This document shows positions 28,413 to 37,610 of a stretch of 64,000 bases of DNA, in pieces. Source of the DNA: an uncultured cyanobacterium (lineage in GTDB: Bacteria > Cyanobacteriota > Cyanobacteriia > Phormidesmidales > Phormidesmidaceae); NCBI GenBank assembly GCA_963793265.1, contig CAWBZI010000001.1:224001-288000 (forward strand), written 5' to 3'. Position 1 is the stretch's first letter; each line of letters starts with the position of its first letter. The notes beneath the pieces are model-generated. The model saw nothing but the letters and a program-made list of their open reading frames with translations, was not told where the DNA came from and ran no database searches. The translations under genes were made by a program, and so were the position numbers.

Positions 28413-28887
28413 TTGCTATTTTCCTACGTGGGAAAACGTTTGTTACATTCGTACTTTATTCGGTAGTCGCAAATGTAGCTTTGCAGTTAATTCAAGATAC
28501 ATAGCGTTATTCTAAAATCAGCACCCTTTTGTTTGATTTTATACAGCTTGTTGCAAAATTCACCGATGCAACAGAATCAAAAATTTTACAGCGAAGCAGA
28601 TATTCACGTTTTAGTAATGCATCATGTGTTATCGATGTGACGACATAAACCTGTTAAGGATGTAAGCGCCAAAGCAAAAACTAATCACAATATGCCTGAA
28701 CACATCATTCTTTTTCGGTTGAAGAAGTTTGATGTCTGCTGTAGTTAAGTTTCCCGAGATAAAGGTAGAAATAAGCGATTACAGCGAGCTAAAGTAAAAA
28801 AGTTGATAGATGAGTGTCTACGTAAGTGTCCATAGCTTAGCCTTGAGCAGGCTTAAGATTAAGCCGTTAGAGGTAGTAGAAAGGGCT

Positions 28888-30333
28888 TTAGCTAGCTTTT
28901 ATAGCGATCGCACTTGAAGAAGCTTCTACAGCACCTAAGCGTAGAGGCTTCAAAGCCTGAGTCTGCCACTCACCCGCAAATTGACTGACCAGGAACGGAC
29001 AAACTTCAATTTTTTGAGCGTGCAGAGGGCGCACGTTGATCTTAACAAAGCTATGAAACTGCTGTCTTTTGGATCTATAGCCGCGAACACCCGCATAAAG
29101 CTGAGACTTTGCAACAACGCCAGTGTAGCTTCTCTTGCTATGAAAAATTTTTCCTAAAATATCAGCACCCGCCTGCCTCTGTCTTCTTAGGCCAGCACCA
29201 CTTCCCCCGCAGACTAGCCAGTCCATCTCACTATCGGCATGGCCTGTTTGAGCGGTTTTTAGATGTTCTAAACAGTGCGCATGGCCACTGATTATTAGGT
29301 CAATTAAGGGATCTTGCTGTTGATCAACGTCAGTAGTTTTCTCTAGAGCTGCCGCGACACGATCCAAAACAGTGCGTAAATGCTTGCGTACCCAAAGCGT
29401 CTCTGGCTGCTGCCAGCGAATTTCTTCGGTGGTATAAGGAGAATGATGGAGATAGACAATTCGGCCTATCTTGCCGGGCGATCGCCAGGAGGTTATCAAT
29501 GAGTCTTCTAACCAAGCTAGCTGCTCCACATCGAAATCTTTAGCGTCGCAGCCAGCGTTCCAGGTGCTAGAATCTAGCGCAAAAAAATCTACGCCGCCGT
29601 AGCAAAAGCGATAGTAGCGGTTGGGCAAACGAGTAAACTGGCCAGGCTGATAGTTTAGGCAGTAGGTAGCGTTTGTAGTGGTACCTATGCCGCATAGAGC
29701 GCTGTAGTGAGCGGCTAAGTGAGCGGTGAGCTGTTCGGGTGATCGCACAGACAAGTCGTCTAAAAAGGTTTGGCCGTACGCCTCCGAACCCGAGCCGTCA
29801 TAGTGGCCTAGGTCAATGCCTATGCTGCGGAGGCGATCGCACAACGCGCTTAGCAAACGCGGTAACAAACCAGCATTCCTCTCTCTTGCATAGTCATGAT
29901 TGCCTGGCACCGGCAATAGCGGTCGGGCAAAGACAATATCATCACTTCGATAGCCGCCGTTTTTAGGCAGGTCAGCCAGTAGTGAGTGATAAGGTTGCAG
30001 GAACCCACGTAAGTAATTCTCGTATGAGCCAACTGGATAGGTGACATCACCTGTATGCAACAGAAAACGACTCTCACCTAGCTGCAAGAGCAACTGCTGA
30101 GCAAAAGCATTAGCAAACTCAGACGTATTCGCTCGCGGTGAGGGCCCTGCGTCAGTATCGCCCATGACCAGGAACGAGAACGGTGTGGGCTCGGTTGGCG
30201 CACTGGAGATCGCGATCTGAGTTTGATCAATTCCACCCTGCTTTACTTTAGGATGCTGCCATTGCACCTGCTTGCAAAGCGTTGACTGGATTCCTGAATA
30301 GAGCAAACTGCGTTTAGAAAGGAAGGTCGTCAT
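28888..30333 (-). CDS. Calcineurin-like metallophosphoesterase
   Basis: GDTD, HTGDVTY, PGNHDY, HHSPY and SGHAH motifs. Confidence 0.88.
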   Translation of the reverse strand: MTTFLSKRSLLYSGIQSTLCKQVQWQHPKVKQGGIDQTQIAISSAPTEPTPFSFLVMGDTDAGPSPRANTSEFANAFAQQLLLQLGESRFLLHTGDVTYPVGSYENYLRGFLQPYHSLLADLPKNGGYRSDDIVFARPLLPVPGNHDYARERNAGLLPRLLSALCDRLRSIGIDLGHYDGSGSEAYGQTFLDDLSVRSPEQLTAHLAAHYSALCGIGTTTNATYCLNYQPGQFTRLPNRYYRFCYGGVDFFALDSSTWNAGCDAKDFDVEQLAWLEDSLITSWRSPGKIGRIVYLHHSPYTTEEIRWQQPETLWVRKHLRTVLDRVAAALEKTTDVDQQQDPLIDLIISGHAHCLEHLKTAQTGHADSEMDWLVCGGSGAGLRRQRQAGADILGKIFHSKRSYTGVVAKSQLYAGVRGYRSKRQQFHSFVKINVRPLHAQKIEVCPFLVSQFAGEWQTQALKPLRLGAVEASSSAIAIKAS

Positions 30334-32608
30334 CTTTTGAGAAAGTGTTAAAGCGAGCAGATTGAACTGTACTCAGTTCTACAGTCTCGTCGATAGCCGC
30401 ATCGCTACCATAGCCATACGCGTAGTAGCGATAGCCGCTCATGCCAGAAGATTTGACGCCGTTAGCCACTAAGCCCAATGTCGGAATTTGCGCCAGCCTC
30501 AGCGTTTCGATAGTTTGTGAAAGCACTGTTCTATCTGTTTTACCGATGCGAGTCACAAGCACTAAGCCATCGGTGCGCTGACCGATTAAGCTCACGTCAG
30601 CTAGGCCAGTTGTCGGCGGCGCGTCGTAAATTACCAGATCAAAACAGCGCTCGAAGGTACCCATAAGCTGCTGCATTTTTTGAGAGGCTAGCAGCTTTGT
30701 TGGATCGGGCGGAATCTTACCTGCCGTTAATACGAATAGCTGACCGTTAGGATCGGCCTGTTGAATCACAGACTTGAGAGGCAAATCGTCAGCAATCAAA
30801 TTAGAAAGCCCAAGCTTATTAGGAAGATCTAAACGGTCGTGAATCTGAGGCTTACGCAAATCGGCGTCTACGACCAGCACCCTTTGGCCCATCGCCATTG
30901 CAACCTGAGCTAAGTGAGCCGATACCGTAGACTTTCCATCTCCGGGTAAGGCAGAGCTAATGATAATAGAGCGGATGGCATGGTCTGAGCCTAGCATCCG
31001 AATATTGGTGTGCAAAACCCGCAGGGCTTCTAAAAAATTTGCTTCACTATCGTAGGCGTAGTAAGGAGACTTGCCAATCGATCCTTTAGAGAGCGAATCT
31101 GCAATTCTACTCAGCGCCGACCGCTTATCCGTTCGACTATCTCTTAGCTCGCGGTTGAAGGGTAAAGTACCCAACAGCGGCAGCTTGGTTCCGGCCTTGA
31201 GTTCGTCTATGGTGTGATAAACATTATCGAGCTTTTCAATGAGGAGTGCAGCCATTAGACCCAACAGCAGGCTAGCGGCGATGCCCATCAAAATGCTGCG
31301 TGGTAGATTAGGAGAGATGGGCTCGGTTGGCTGCACCGGAACTTCGATAAGCTGCCACGGAATTTCTGTTTGAGCCGCTTCAATTTCTAGCGTTTCACGG
31401 GTGACCCTAAACCGGGTGAGTGCTTCTGTCGAAATCTCTAGCTCGCGCTGGAGGTCAGTATATTGCCGAATGAGTGATGGGAGCTGACCGATTACCTGTT
31501 CTACCTGACTTTCAGCATTCAGCAGCGTCTCGCTCTGACCTGCAATGACCTGTAAGTTATTAGTTGCGATCGCCTGCTTAGTACCCACCACCCGCTCAGC
31601 TTCTTGCTGCAACAGCGGTAAAATATTCTCTCGCTCTTCTTCTAATACACGAATAGCCAGGCTGCTAGGATCAAATCTGGTTAGCTCTGCCGCTATCTTT
31701 GTTTCTACTGCTCGCAGATCACGCAGTAGCTGCTGATAGATAGGCGCACCGTCAAGCGCAGCGAGCGCGCCGTCTTGTACCTGCAAATTTTGGGCAATTT
31801 GCTGCGCTTCAGAGAGCCGAGTATCAAGACTCAGGCGCTGCTCAATAAGTCCGGTTGTTTGCCGCGACAGCTGAGAAGATTGCATCTCAGGCGTAATAAA
31901 ATCGTACTGGCGGCGAAAGCTTTCTAGCCGGTCTTGAATAGAATCAACCTGAGCTTGCAAATCAGGAAGCTGATTTTCTACAAAATTGATGCCCTGTCGC
32001 AAGTTAGTTTGTCGCTCTTCTAGTGAGTATTTTAGATACGTTTTAGAAAGCTGGTCGAGAATGACTTGAATTTGAACAGGGTCTGGGCCAGCATAGCTAA
32101 CTTCTAAAATTTTAGTTTCACCAAGGCGAGTGATCTTGAGATTGTTTAGCAGGGTGAGATAGTCTATCTCAGGATAGGTTTGGCTAAGCTGTTCGGCCAC
32201 TGGCTCAATTAGCTCAGGACTGCGTAATACCTGTACCTGAGTTTCATAGTCTAGACCCGACTTACCGATTGACTGCTCTCCTAGAATAGAAGGCAAATCT
32301 GTGAAGTCCTGATCGGCATTTACAGGCTCTACAAGAACTCTAAACTGACCTTCGTATATCTTCTGTTGCTGCAAAGCTTTAGTCGTAACCAAGGCCATCA
32401 CCATTGTAGCAACACCTGCTATCACCCAGGCTCTACGCCTGAACACCAGCAGCAAGCTTCGTAAGTCCATATCTTCTTCTTGCTGGGCGTTAAGCTGCCA
32501 GGCCGCCAGCATCGAAGAACTTTCAGTAGGCGCGATCGCAATCGGCGCAACGGATGCATCATTATTGTTGATCGTGGTGGGTAAGGGCGTAGCTTGAAAA
32601 ATGTCCAT
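30314..32608 (-). CDS. wzc: Wzc/GumC polysaccharide co-polymerase with BY-kinase domain
   Basis: Two TMs, coiled coils, Walker A SALPGDGKST, VDADLRKP, IYDAPP and a Tyr cluster GYRYYAYGY. Confidence 0.93.
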   Translation of the reverse strand: MDIFQATPLPTTINNNDASVAPIAIAPTESSSMLAAWQLNAQQEEDMDLRSLLLVFRRRAWVIAGVATMVMALVTTKALQQQKIYEGQFRVLVEPVNADQDFTDLPSILGEQSIGKSGLDYETQVQVLRSPELIEPVAEQLSQTYPEIDYLTLLNNLKITRLGETKILEVSYAGPDPVQIQVILDQLSKTYLKYSLEERQTNLRQGINFVENQLPDLQAQVDSIQDRLESFRRQYDFITPEMQSSQLSRQTTGLIEQRLSLDTRLSEAQQIAQNLQVQDGALAALDGAPIYQQLLRDLRAVETKIAAELTRFDPSSLAIRVLEEERENILPLLQQEAERVVGTKQAIATNNLQVIAGQSETLLNAESQVEQVIGQLPSLIRQYTDLQRELEISTEALTRFRVTRETLEIEAAQTEIPWQLIEVPVQPTEPISPNLPRSILMGIAASLLLGLMAALLIEKLDNVYHTIDELKAGTKLPLLGTLPFNRELRDSRTDKRSALSRIADSLSKGSIGKSPYYAYDSEANFLEALRVLHTNIRMLGSDHAIRSIIISSALPGDGKSTVSAHLAQVAMAMGQRVLVVDADLRKPQIHDRLDLPNKLGLSNLIADDLPLKSVIQQADPNGQLFVLTAGKIPPDPTKLLASQKMQQLMGTFERCFDLVIYDAPPTTGLADVSLIGQRTDGLVLVTRIGKTDRTVLSQTIETLRLAQIPTLGLVANGVKSSGMSGYRYYAYGYGSDAAIDETVELSTVQSARFNTFSKDDDLPF

Positions 32609-32664
32609 GCGATCACGCGATAGCGTTAAAAGAATGTGTTAGGAAAAGGAAGAACAGGAAAGTG

Positions 32665-34110
32665 TTAAAACAATCTGAAAAGCAAATTCAGCGGCGAGGC
32701 AAGCTGAATGAGCGGACTAAACACAGAACCCACCGCATCATTAAACTGAGCCCGACCGTTGCGGCCTACCACCACCACATCATTATTCAAAATGAGCGGA
32801 TTCTTCTCCGGATCGATCCCTGTCGTCAAATCTACCTGAACTTCTCGCTGCGTGACGGTGCCGTTGGGGTTAAGCCGAATTAGCTCAACGGTTTCGGTTG
32901 CGCGCTGCGTGAATCCACCTGCCGCTAGCACCGCCTGATTGAGCGTAGTATCAGGCGACGTGTTAATTACACCAGGGCGTTCTACTTCGCCAACAACATT
33001 AACAGTTACTTTATCAGGTGAAAAATTAGCCGCCGTAAGCTGCGCAACTTCAGCAGGTGTCGTATCTGTAGCCATTGGAATGATTACAGTGTCACCTTGT
33101 TGCAACACCAAATCCTGACTGATATCGCCTTCTTGCAAGAGCTGCCAAAAGTCTATATCAATGAGCTGTTCATTACCGCCGCGCGTTTGCCGTCGCACCT
33201 GAATATGGCGAATATCGGCAGAAGGCTTGATGCCACCTGCTGTTTTCACAACTTGAGTCACCGTTGTTCTACCACTGTTTTGTGCATTCTTAGCGGTAAA
33301 TTCGTAGGCCCCTGGGCGAAACACCTCACCGATGATGGCCACTACCATATCTTGTTCTACACTGGCCGATAGGTTGGAGGCAGCTAGCCGATTTGTCTCA
33401 GCAATATCGACTGCGTTAGTTTCACTGATGACAATTGCGTCGCCATCGCGTAAGGCAATATCCTGTTCTACATCACCATTATTCAACAGTTCCCACAGGT
33501 CGAGCGTCACCGTTTGAGTGCTGCCGTCAGCGGCTCGTCTGAGCTGCACCTGGCGCAAGTCGGCAGCTTGGGTAACACCGCCTGCGGTTTGTAGCGCTTG
33601 GGCAACGGTGGGAAATTGAGCGCCATTTTCGGGCGTCAGCGTGTATAGGCCGGGCTGACCAACTTCACCTGCGATCGCTACCCTCAAGGGCCGAGGCTCG
33701 TTAAGCACTACTGTCACCTGCGGGTAGCGCAGCTCTCCTTGATAGGCCGCACCAATTACCTGACCAGCGGACTGAAGCGTCAGACCATTAACGCTCACTC
33801 GGCCCACGACTGGGAGGTTTAGAGAGCCATCTGCGAGGACTTTTTGATCGCCGCTATACTCCGGTACATTAAAGATATTGACGCTAACTGAGTCACCCGC
33901 GCCTAGCGTGTAAGTATCGTTTAGATTTGTTTGGGCTGGGATGGCGCTATTTTGAGCACCGTCAGGAGATAGTGCAGGTAAGCCGACAACAGCGGGCTCT
34001 GCGGCTAGCAGCAGACGCGACTCGGCAGTCAACAGCTCAAACGAACAGGCTGCAAGCAAGGCCCATAGTCCAGCAAAAAATGTTCGTCGTACTTTTGAAG
34101 TATTGCTCAT
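32665..34110 (-). CDS. wza: Polysaccharide export OPX/Wza lipoprotein with SLBB domains
   Basis: YTLGAGD...VLADGSLNLPVVG, three SLBB repeats (GEVxxPG) and a C-terminal amphipathic helix. From ATG 34110 the signal peptide ends in lipobox LAAC. Confidence 0.9.
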   Translation of the reverse strand: MSNTSKVRRTFFAGLWALLAACSFELLTAESRLLLAAEPAVVGLPALSPDGAQNSAIPAQTNLNDTYTLGAGDSVSVNIFNVPEYSGDQKVLADGSLNLPVVGRVSVNGLTLQSAGQVIGAAYQGELRYPQVTVVLNEPRPLRVAIAGEVGQPGLYTLTPENGAQFPTVAQALQTAGGVTQAADLRQVQLRRAADGSTQTVTLDLWELLNNGDVEQDIALRDGDAIVISETNAVDIAETNRLAASNLSASVEQDMVVAIIGEVFRPGAYEFTAKNAQNSGRTTVTQVVKTAGGIKPSADIRHIQVRRQTRGGNEQLIDIDFWQLLQEGDISQDLVLQQGDTVIIPMATDTTPAEVAQLTAANFSPDKVTVNVVGEVERPGVINTSPDTTLNQAVLAAGGFTQRATETVELIRLNPNGTVTQREVQVDLTTGIDPEKNPLILNNDVVVVGRNGRAQFNDAVGSVFSPLIQLASPLNLLFRLF

Positions 34111-34575
34111 TTGAGGTAACAACCGCCTTACTACGTTTCTTATCTTTCGGGGGGATCGAAGCTCAATAAGTACCAAAACCGCAGAGCCTAACAGATGCAG
34201 TCTTATATAACCCGCTCAACTCACGAATGTATCAAGCTGATTTGTTTTAGAGAAGAAGCGTCTTACGTAAAAAGCGCAGCAGGTAGTACGTATCGGCACA
34301 ATAATGGTAATTTCTCAGTAGTTTCTTTTCAGTAGATTCTCTTATTTTTGTCGTATTGTTCAAAGCTTCACGACTTTGCTAAGGATTTGTACGGAAGTGC
34401 TCAGTAGGTTGCGTGTAACTCATTAGATTTATTACTTTTTATACACAAGGTACGTAACACCCCTTTACAGGCTGATGTGTTGATAGAAGCCTCCTATCTT
34501 CGCCTTTGTTGTTGCGTTTGAATAATTTATTCTACTGCCTGCTGTTTCGACACCTTTCAAGAGGAAGCGTTTTTC

Positions 34576-35646
34576 ATGCGCGTAAATTCTATTATTATTT
34601 CGAGCGTCATTTTGTGGGCGATCGCGACCATTCCAGCTTTTGCCCAATACAGAGAAATGCTAAGCGATCGCCCTATCACTGAGGCATCAGCTATCACGTC
34701 TCTAGCCACCGTAGAACCTTCACTGGATGCAGCTCCTTTATTAGATATAGAAGCGACAGAAGAGACGTTGAGCGTTGGTGCTAATAGAGAGGAATGGGTG
34801 GCGGCAGTTAGTAAGCGATCGCTCCCCTCTCTAGAAGAAATTCAGCGCATTCAAAACGAATTGATCGAAGTCACCGAGCCTAGACCAGTTACAACTCGTC
34901 GGGCGTTTCCTAGCATCAGTATTGCGGTACCGACAGGCTATGGCGCAGATAAAGGGCAGATATTTGCAGGCGTAGGCTACCAATCACGAACTCGATTTAG
35001 CGGCGGGAGAAATCCTGGAACAACGTTTGGCGGGGGGCGGCAAGATGGTGCAGTGGGTATTGGATTTGGTATTGGCGACGCGCGTGAGTCGGTAGGTCTT
35101 CAGGTTTCTTATACGGCGGCTAGCTTTGGGGGGAGTAGGGCACCGCTCAGCGGTGGGTTTAATGCAAAGGTTCACAAGCAGTTTGGTAATGGATGGGCCG
35201 CGGCGATTGGTGGAGAAGGCATTATCAACATAGGGCGCTTGAGAAATAATAACGAAGTTGAGTTTAACGACTTTGAAAATACCTATTACGGTGTGGTGAC
35301 TAGAACAATTGCCCTCCGTGACTATGAGGAGCCCTTTAGCAGGTTGAGCCTGACCGCGGGCGCGGGTTCAGGGCGATTTAGATCGGTAGACAATATTGTT
35401 AATGGCGAATTTGGTGTGGGTGTATTTGGGAGTGCGGCCTTACAGGTTGTTCCTTCTACGAATGTGATTGCTGAATGGACAGGGCAGGATTTGGGACTGG
35501 GCGTTTCTGTTGCACCGTTTCCCAACTTCCCAATTGTCTTTACGCCTGCGGTACGTGACGTTGTGGGCGAGGGTGACGGCGATCCGCGATTTATTTTGGG
35601 GGTTGGCATCTCGGTAAGAGAGGCTTTTGAGGCCATTGGTCTTTAG
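34576..35646 (+). CDS. Probable outer-membrane beta-barrel protein, function unknown
   Basis: Signal peptide (...IPAFAQ) and a Gly/aromatic-rich alternating beta pattern (PTGYGAD, FAGVGYQ, GIGFGIGD, LQVSYT, IAEWTGQDLGLGVS, FILGVGIS). Confidence 0.65.
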   Translation: MRVNSIIISSVILWAIATIPAFAQYREMLSDRPITEASAITSLATVEPSLDAAPLLDIEATEETLSVGANREEWVAAVSKRSLPSLEEIQRIQNELIEVTEPRPVTTRRAFPSISIAVPTGYGADKGQIFAGVGYQSRTRFSGGRNPGTTFGGGRQDGAVGIGFGIGDARESVGLQVSYTAASFGGSRAPLSGGFNAKVHKQFGNGWAAAIGGEGIINIGRLRNNNEVEFNDFENTYYGVVTRTIALRDYEEPFSRLSLTAGAGSGRFRSVDNIVNGEFGVGVFGSAALQVVPSTNVIAEWTGQDLGLGVSVAPFPNFPIVFTPAVRDVVGEGDGDPRFILGVGISVREAFEAIGL

Positions 35647-35688
35647 AGTACGCGCAATTTTTGTTCTAGATATAACGAGGAGTCTTTT

Positions 35689-36183
35689 ATGAAAGCATTT
35701 AAGTGGAGCTGTCGCGCATTGGCGTTGGTAGCGGTGTTGGCAAGCGCAGCGCCCGTTATCGCACAGGCGAATGTCTCTGATGTAACTGGCCCTATCATCA
35801 ATGGGCCAGGGCCAAGTATGCCTAACGTTTCCGATAACACCGGCTCTAACGTCTCTGATGTAACCGGGCCGAATGTCTCTGATGTGACTGGGCCGAATGT
35901 TTCTGATGTGACTGGGCCGAATGTTTCTGATGTAACTGGGCCGAACGTTTCTGATGTAACTGGGCCGAATGTTGGCGCGAGTAGTGTCGGACAAATTTCT
36001 TTAGACGGTTTGACTAGCATAGATGCAGCGGCGTTGGCACAAGAACTGGAAGTTGCTTACAACAGTTGTGCCGATAATCAAGCTGCGGAAGGGGGGAGCA
36101 CGGCTTTGCTGACACAGGAGAGCTGCTTAGAATTTTACGCGCTTTATGACCAGCTTGTTGATTTGCTGGCTGAGGCTTATTAG
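35689..36183 (+). CDS. Small secreted protein with NVSDVTGP octapeptide repeats
   Basis: RBS GAGGAG, signal peptide ending VIA/AQA, seven repeat units, then a helical C-terminal region with two Cys. Confidence 0.8.
   Translation: MKAFKWSCRALALVAVLASAAPVIAQANVSDVTGPIINGPGPSMPNVSDNTGSNVSDVTGPNVSDVTGPNVSDVTGPNVSDVTGPNVSDVTGPNVGASSVGQISLDGLTSIDAAALAQELEVAYNSCADNQAAEGGSTALLTQESCLEFYALYDQLVDLLAEAY
35824..35967 (+). repeat. Coding tandem repeat, 6 x 24 bp (plus a detached copy at 35770-35793)
   Basis: Consensus AAYGTYTCTGATGTRACYGGGCCG. The five perfect peptide copies differ only at synonymous positions. Confidence 0.95.
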
Positions 36184-36191
36184 GGCCTTCT

Positions 36192-37127
36192 CTATGAATG
36201 TGAGCGAACGTCGAGGGCATCTCTGAGGCCGTCGCCTACGTAGTTGACGCTAAGGACTGTTAGGAAGATAGCGAGTCCTGGAAAGATGACGAGATGCGGG
36301 GCGCTCGCGATGTAGTTTTGGGCGTCGAAGAGCATTCGACCCCAGGTGGGTACGTCGGGTGGGAAGCCGATGCCTAGAAAGCTAAGGGTTGACTCTGTGA
36401 TGATGGCGTTGCCGACGCCTAGCGTGGCGGCAACAATAACTGGGCCAATGACGTTTGGCAGAATGTGCCTACAGACGATGCGAACGGGATGTGCACCCAA
36501 AGATCGCGCTGATTGAACAAATTCTTTTTCTTTGGTCGCTAAAAACCCAGCTCTGACTAAGCGCGCAGTTGGCATCCAGGTAAGGCCACCGATGACTAAG
36601 ATAATCAACAGAAAAACGCCGAGTTCTGGCCCAGCGATGTCGCGTACGCTGTCTCTGAATAGATAGATGATTAGAAGGAGAAGGGGAAGCTGGGGAAGTG
36701 ATAGGAATAGATCGGTTAGTCGCATGAGGAGGTTGTCGATGAAGCCGCCGCAGAATCCTGCAATTGTGCCGATGAGCGTGCCTAAAGAGATAGAAACTAG
36801 CATAGCGGTGATGCCCACTGCGATACTCACGCGACCGCCCCATAGCATTCTGGCGAGCTGGTCTTGGCCTAAATCGTTGGTGCCTAATGGGTGCTGTAGG
36901 CTAGGTGGGGCAGTTGAGCGGGCGAAGTCTATATCGCTGTAAGAGATTGGGTAGATGAAAGGCCCGATAATTACGCTGGCGATGATAATGAGCAGGATGA
37001 GCGTACCGAGCATTGCCATGCGATCGCGTTTGAACTGTCGCCAGGCTGTTCGTTTTGTAGGCTGTGTGGTCGCTGCCTGAGCAGATGTCGCAATGGTAGC
37101 AGGCGGAAGCTTTGTAGTGGCAGGCAT
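36192..37127 (-). CDS. Peptide/nickel ABC transporter permease (OppC/DppC)
   Basis: HPLGTNDLGQD, EFVQSARSLGA (EAA loop), HILPN, ESTLSFLG, GDGLRDALD. Confidence 0.93.
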   Translation of the reverse strand: MPATTKLPPATIATSAQAATTQPTKRTAWRQFKRDRMAMLGTLILLIIIASVIIGPFIYPISYSDIDFARSTAPPSLQHPLGTNDLGQDQLARMLWGGRVSIAVGITAMLVSISLGTLIGTIAGFCGGFIDNLLMRLTDLFLSLPQLPLLLLIIYLFRDSVRDIAGPELGVFLLIILVIGGLTWMPTARLVRAGFLATKEKEFVQSARSLGAHPVRIVCRHILPNVIGPVIVAATLGVGNAIITESTLSFLGIGFPPDVPTWGRMLFDAQNYIASAPHLVIFPGLAIFLTVLSVNYVGDGLRDALDVRSHS

Positions 37128-37202
37128 GGCTCTTTTGGACTATCAGTGCAGATAGTAGCATTGCACTGACGAGGCTGTTCGGATCGCCTATCACCAGCGA
37201 TT

Positions 37203-37277
37203 TTATTGTCGTTGGAATATAATTCTGATGGCTTGCAGAAGACACGCCTGCTTAGTGTAAATGAGCTGCCAGCTCAC
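37203..37277 (-). pseudogene. Truncated YoeB/Txe-type toxin stub
   Basis: GTG overlaps the antitoxin TGA (GTGA). Reads VSWQLIYTKQA, like a Txe/YoeB N-terminus, then loses similarity and stops after 24 codons. Confidence 0.65.
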
Positions 37278-37516
37278 CAGTTTAGCGCCTTAGAGCACTC
37301 ATCAACAGGTGTCTCCAAACCTTCTTTTATAGACTCTCGCATCCCAGGCACAGAGAGCAAATAAAGGGTTTCTTGAATACTGGCCCAGTCTTCTTCAGCC
37401 AGAATGACCACATTGCTATTGTGGCTAGTCACTATCGCAGGCCGATGAGACTCAGAAACCTCATCTATAATTTTTTGAAAGTTGCTTTGGGCCTCTTCAA
37501 GCGGATGTATGGACAT
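37274..37516 (-). CDS. Phd/YefM-family antitoxin
   Basis: IIDEVSESHRPAIVT...EEDWASIQETLYLLSVPGMRESIKEG. Confidence 0.92.
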   Translation of the reverse strand: MSIHPLEEAQSNFQKIIDEVSESHRPAIVTSHNSNVVILAEEDWASIQETLYLLSVPGMRESIKEGLETPVDECSKALNW

Positions 37517-37610
37517 TAGCAGCTATGTATGATTTCTATGAATCATTGTAAGCTCTAAACGAATCTCTTGGCCCACCGTCAGCCCATACTTCAATGGGGT
37601 TATGGGGGGG

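Noticed and set aside
35824..35967. 24-bp periodic repeat as a CRISPR array
   Set aside because: No unique spacers, in-frame with synonymous variation, and no cas genes; it is a coding repeat.
35440..36020. Minus-strand ORFs (184 aa and 125 aa) with repeats
   Set aside because: Antisense shadows of the repeat gene; the + strand ORF has the RBS and signal peptide.
36901..37245. 114-aa ORF downstream of the antitoxin as the toxin
   Set aside because: Mostly overlaps oppC out of frame and lacks RelE/YoeB motifs; only the GTG-coupled stub resembles the toxin.
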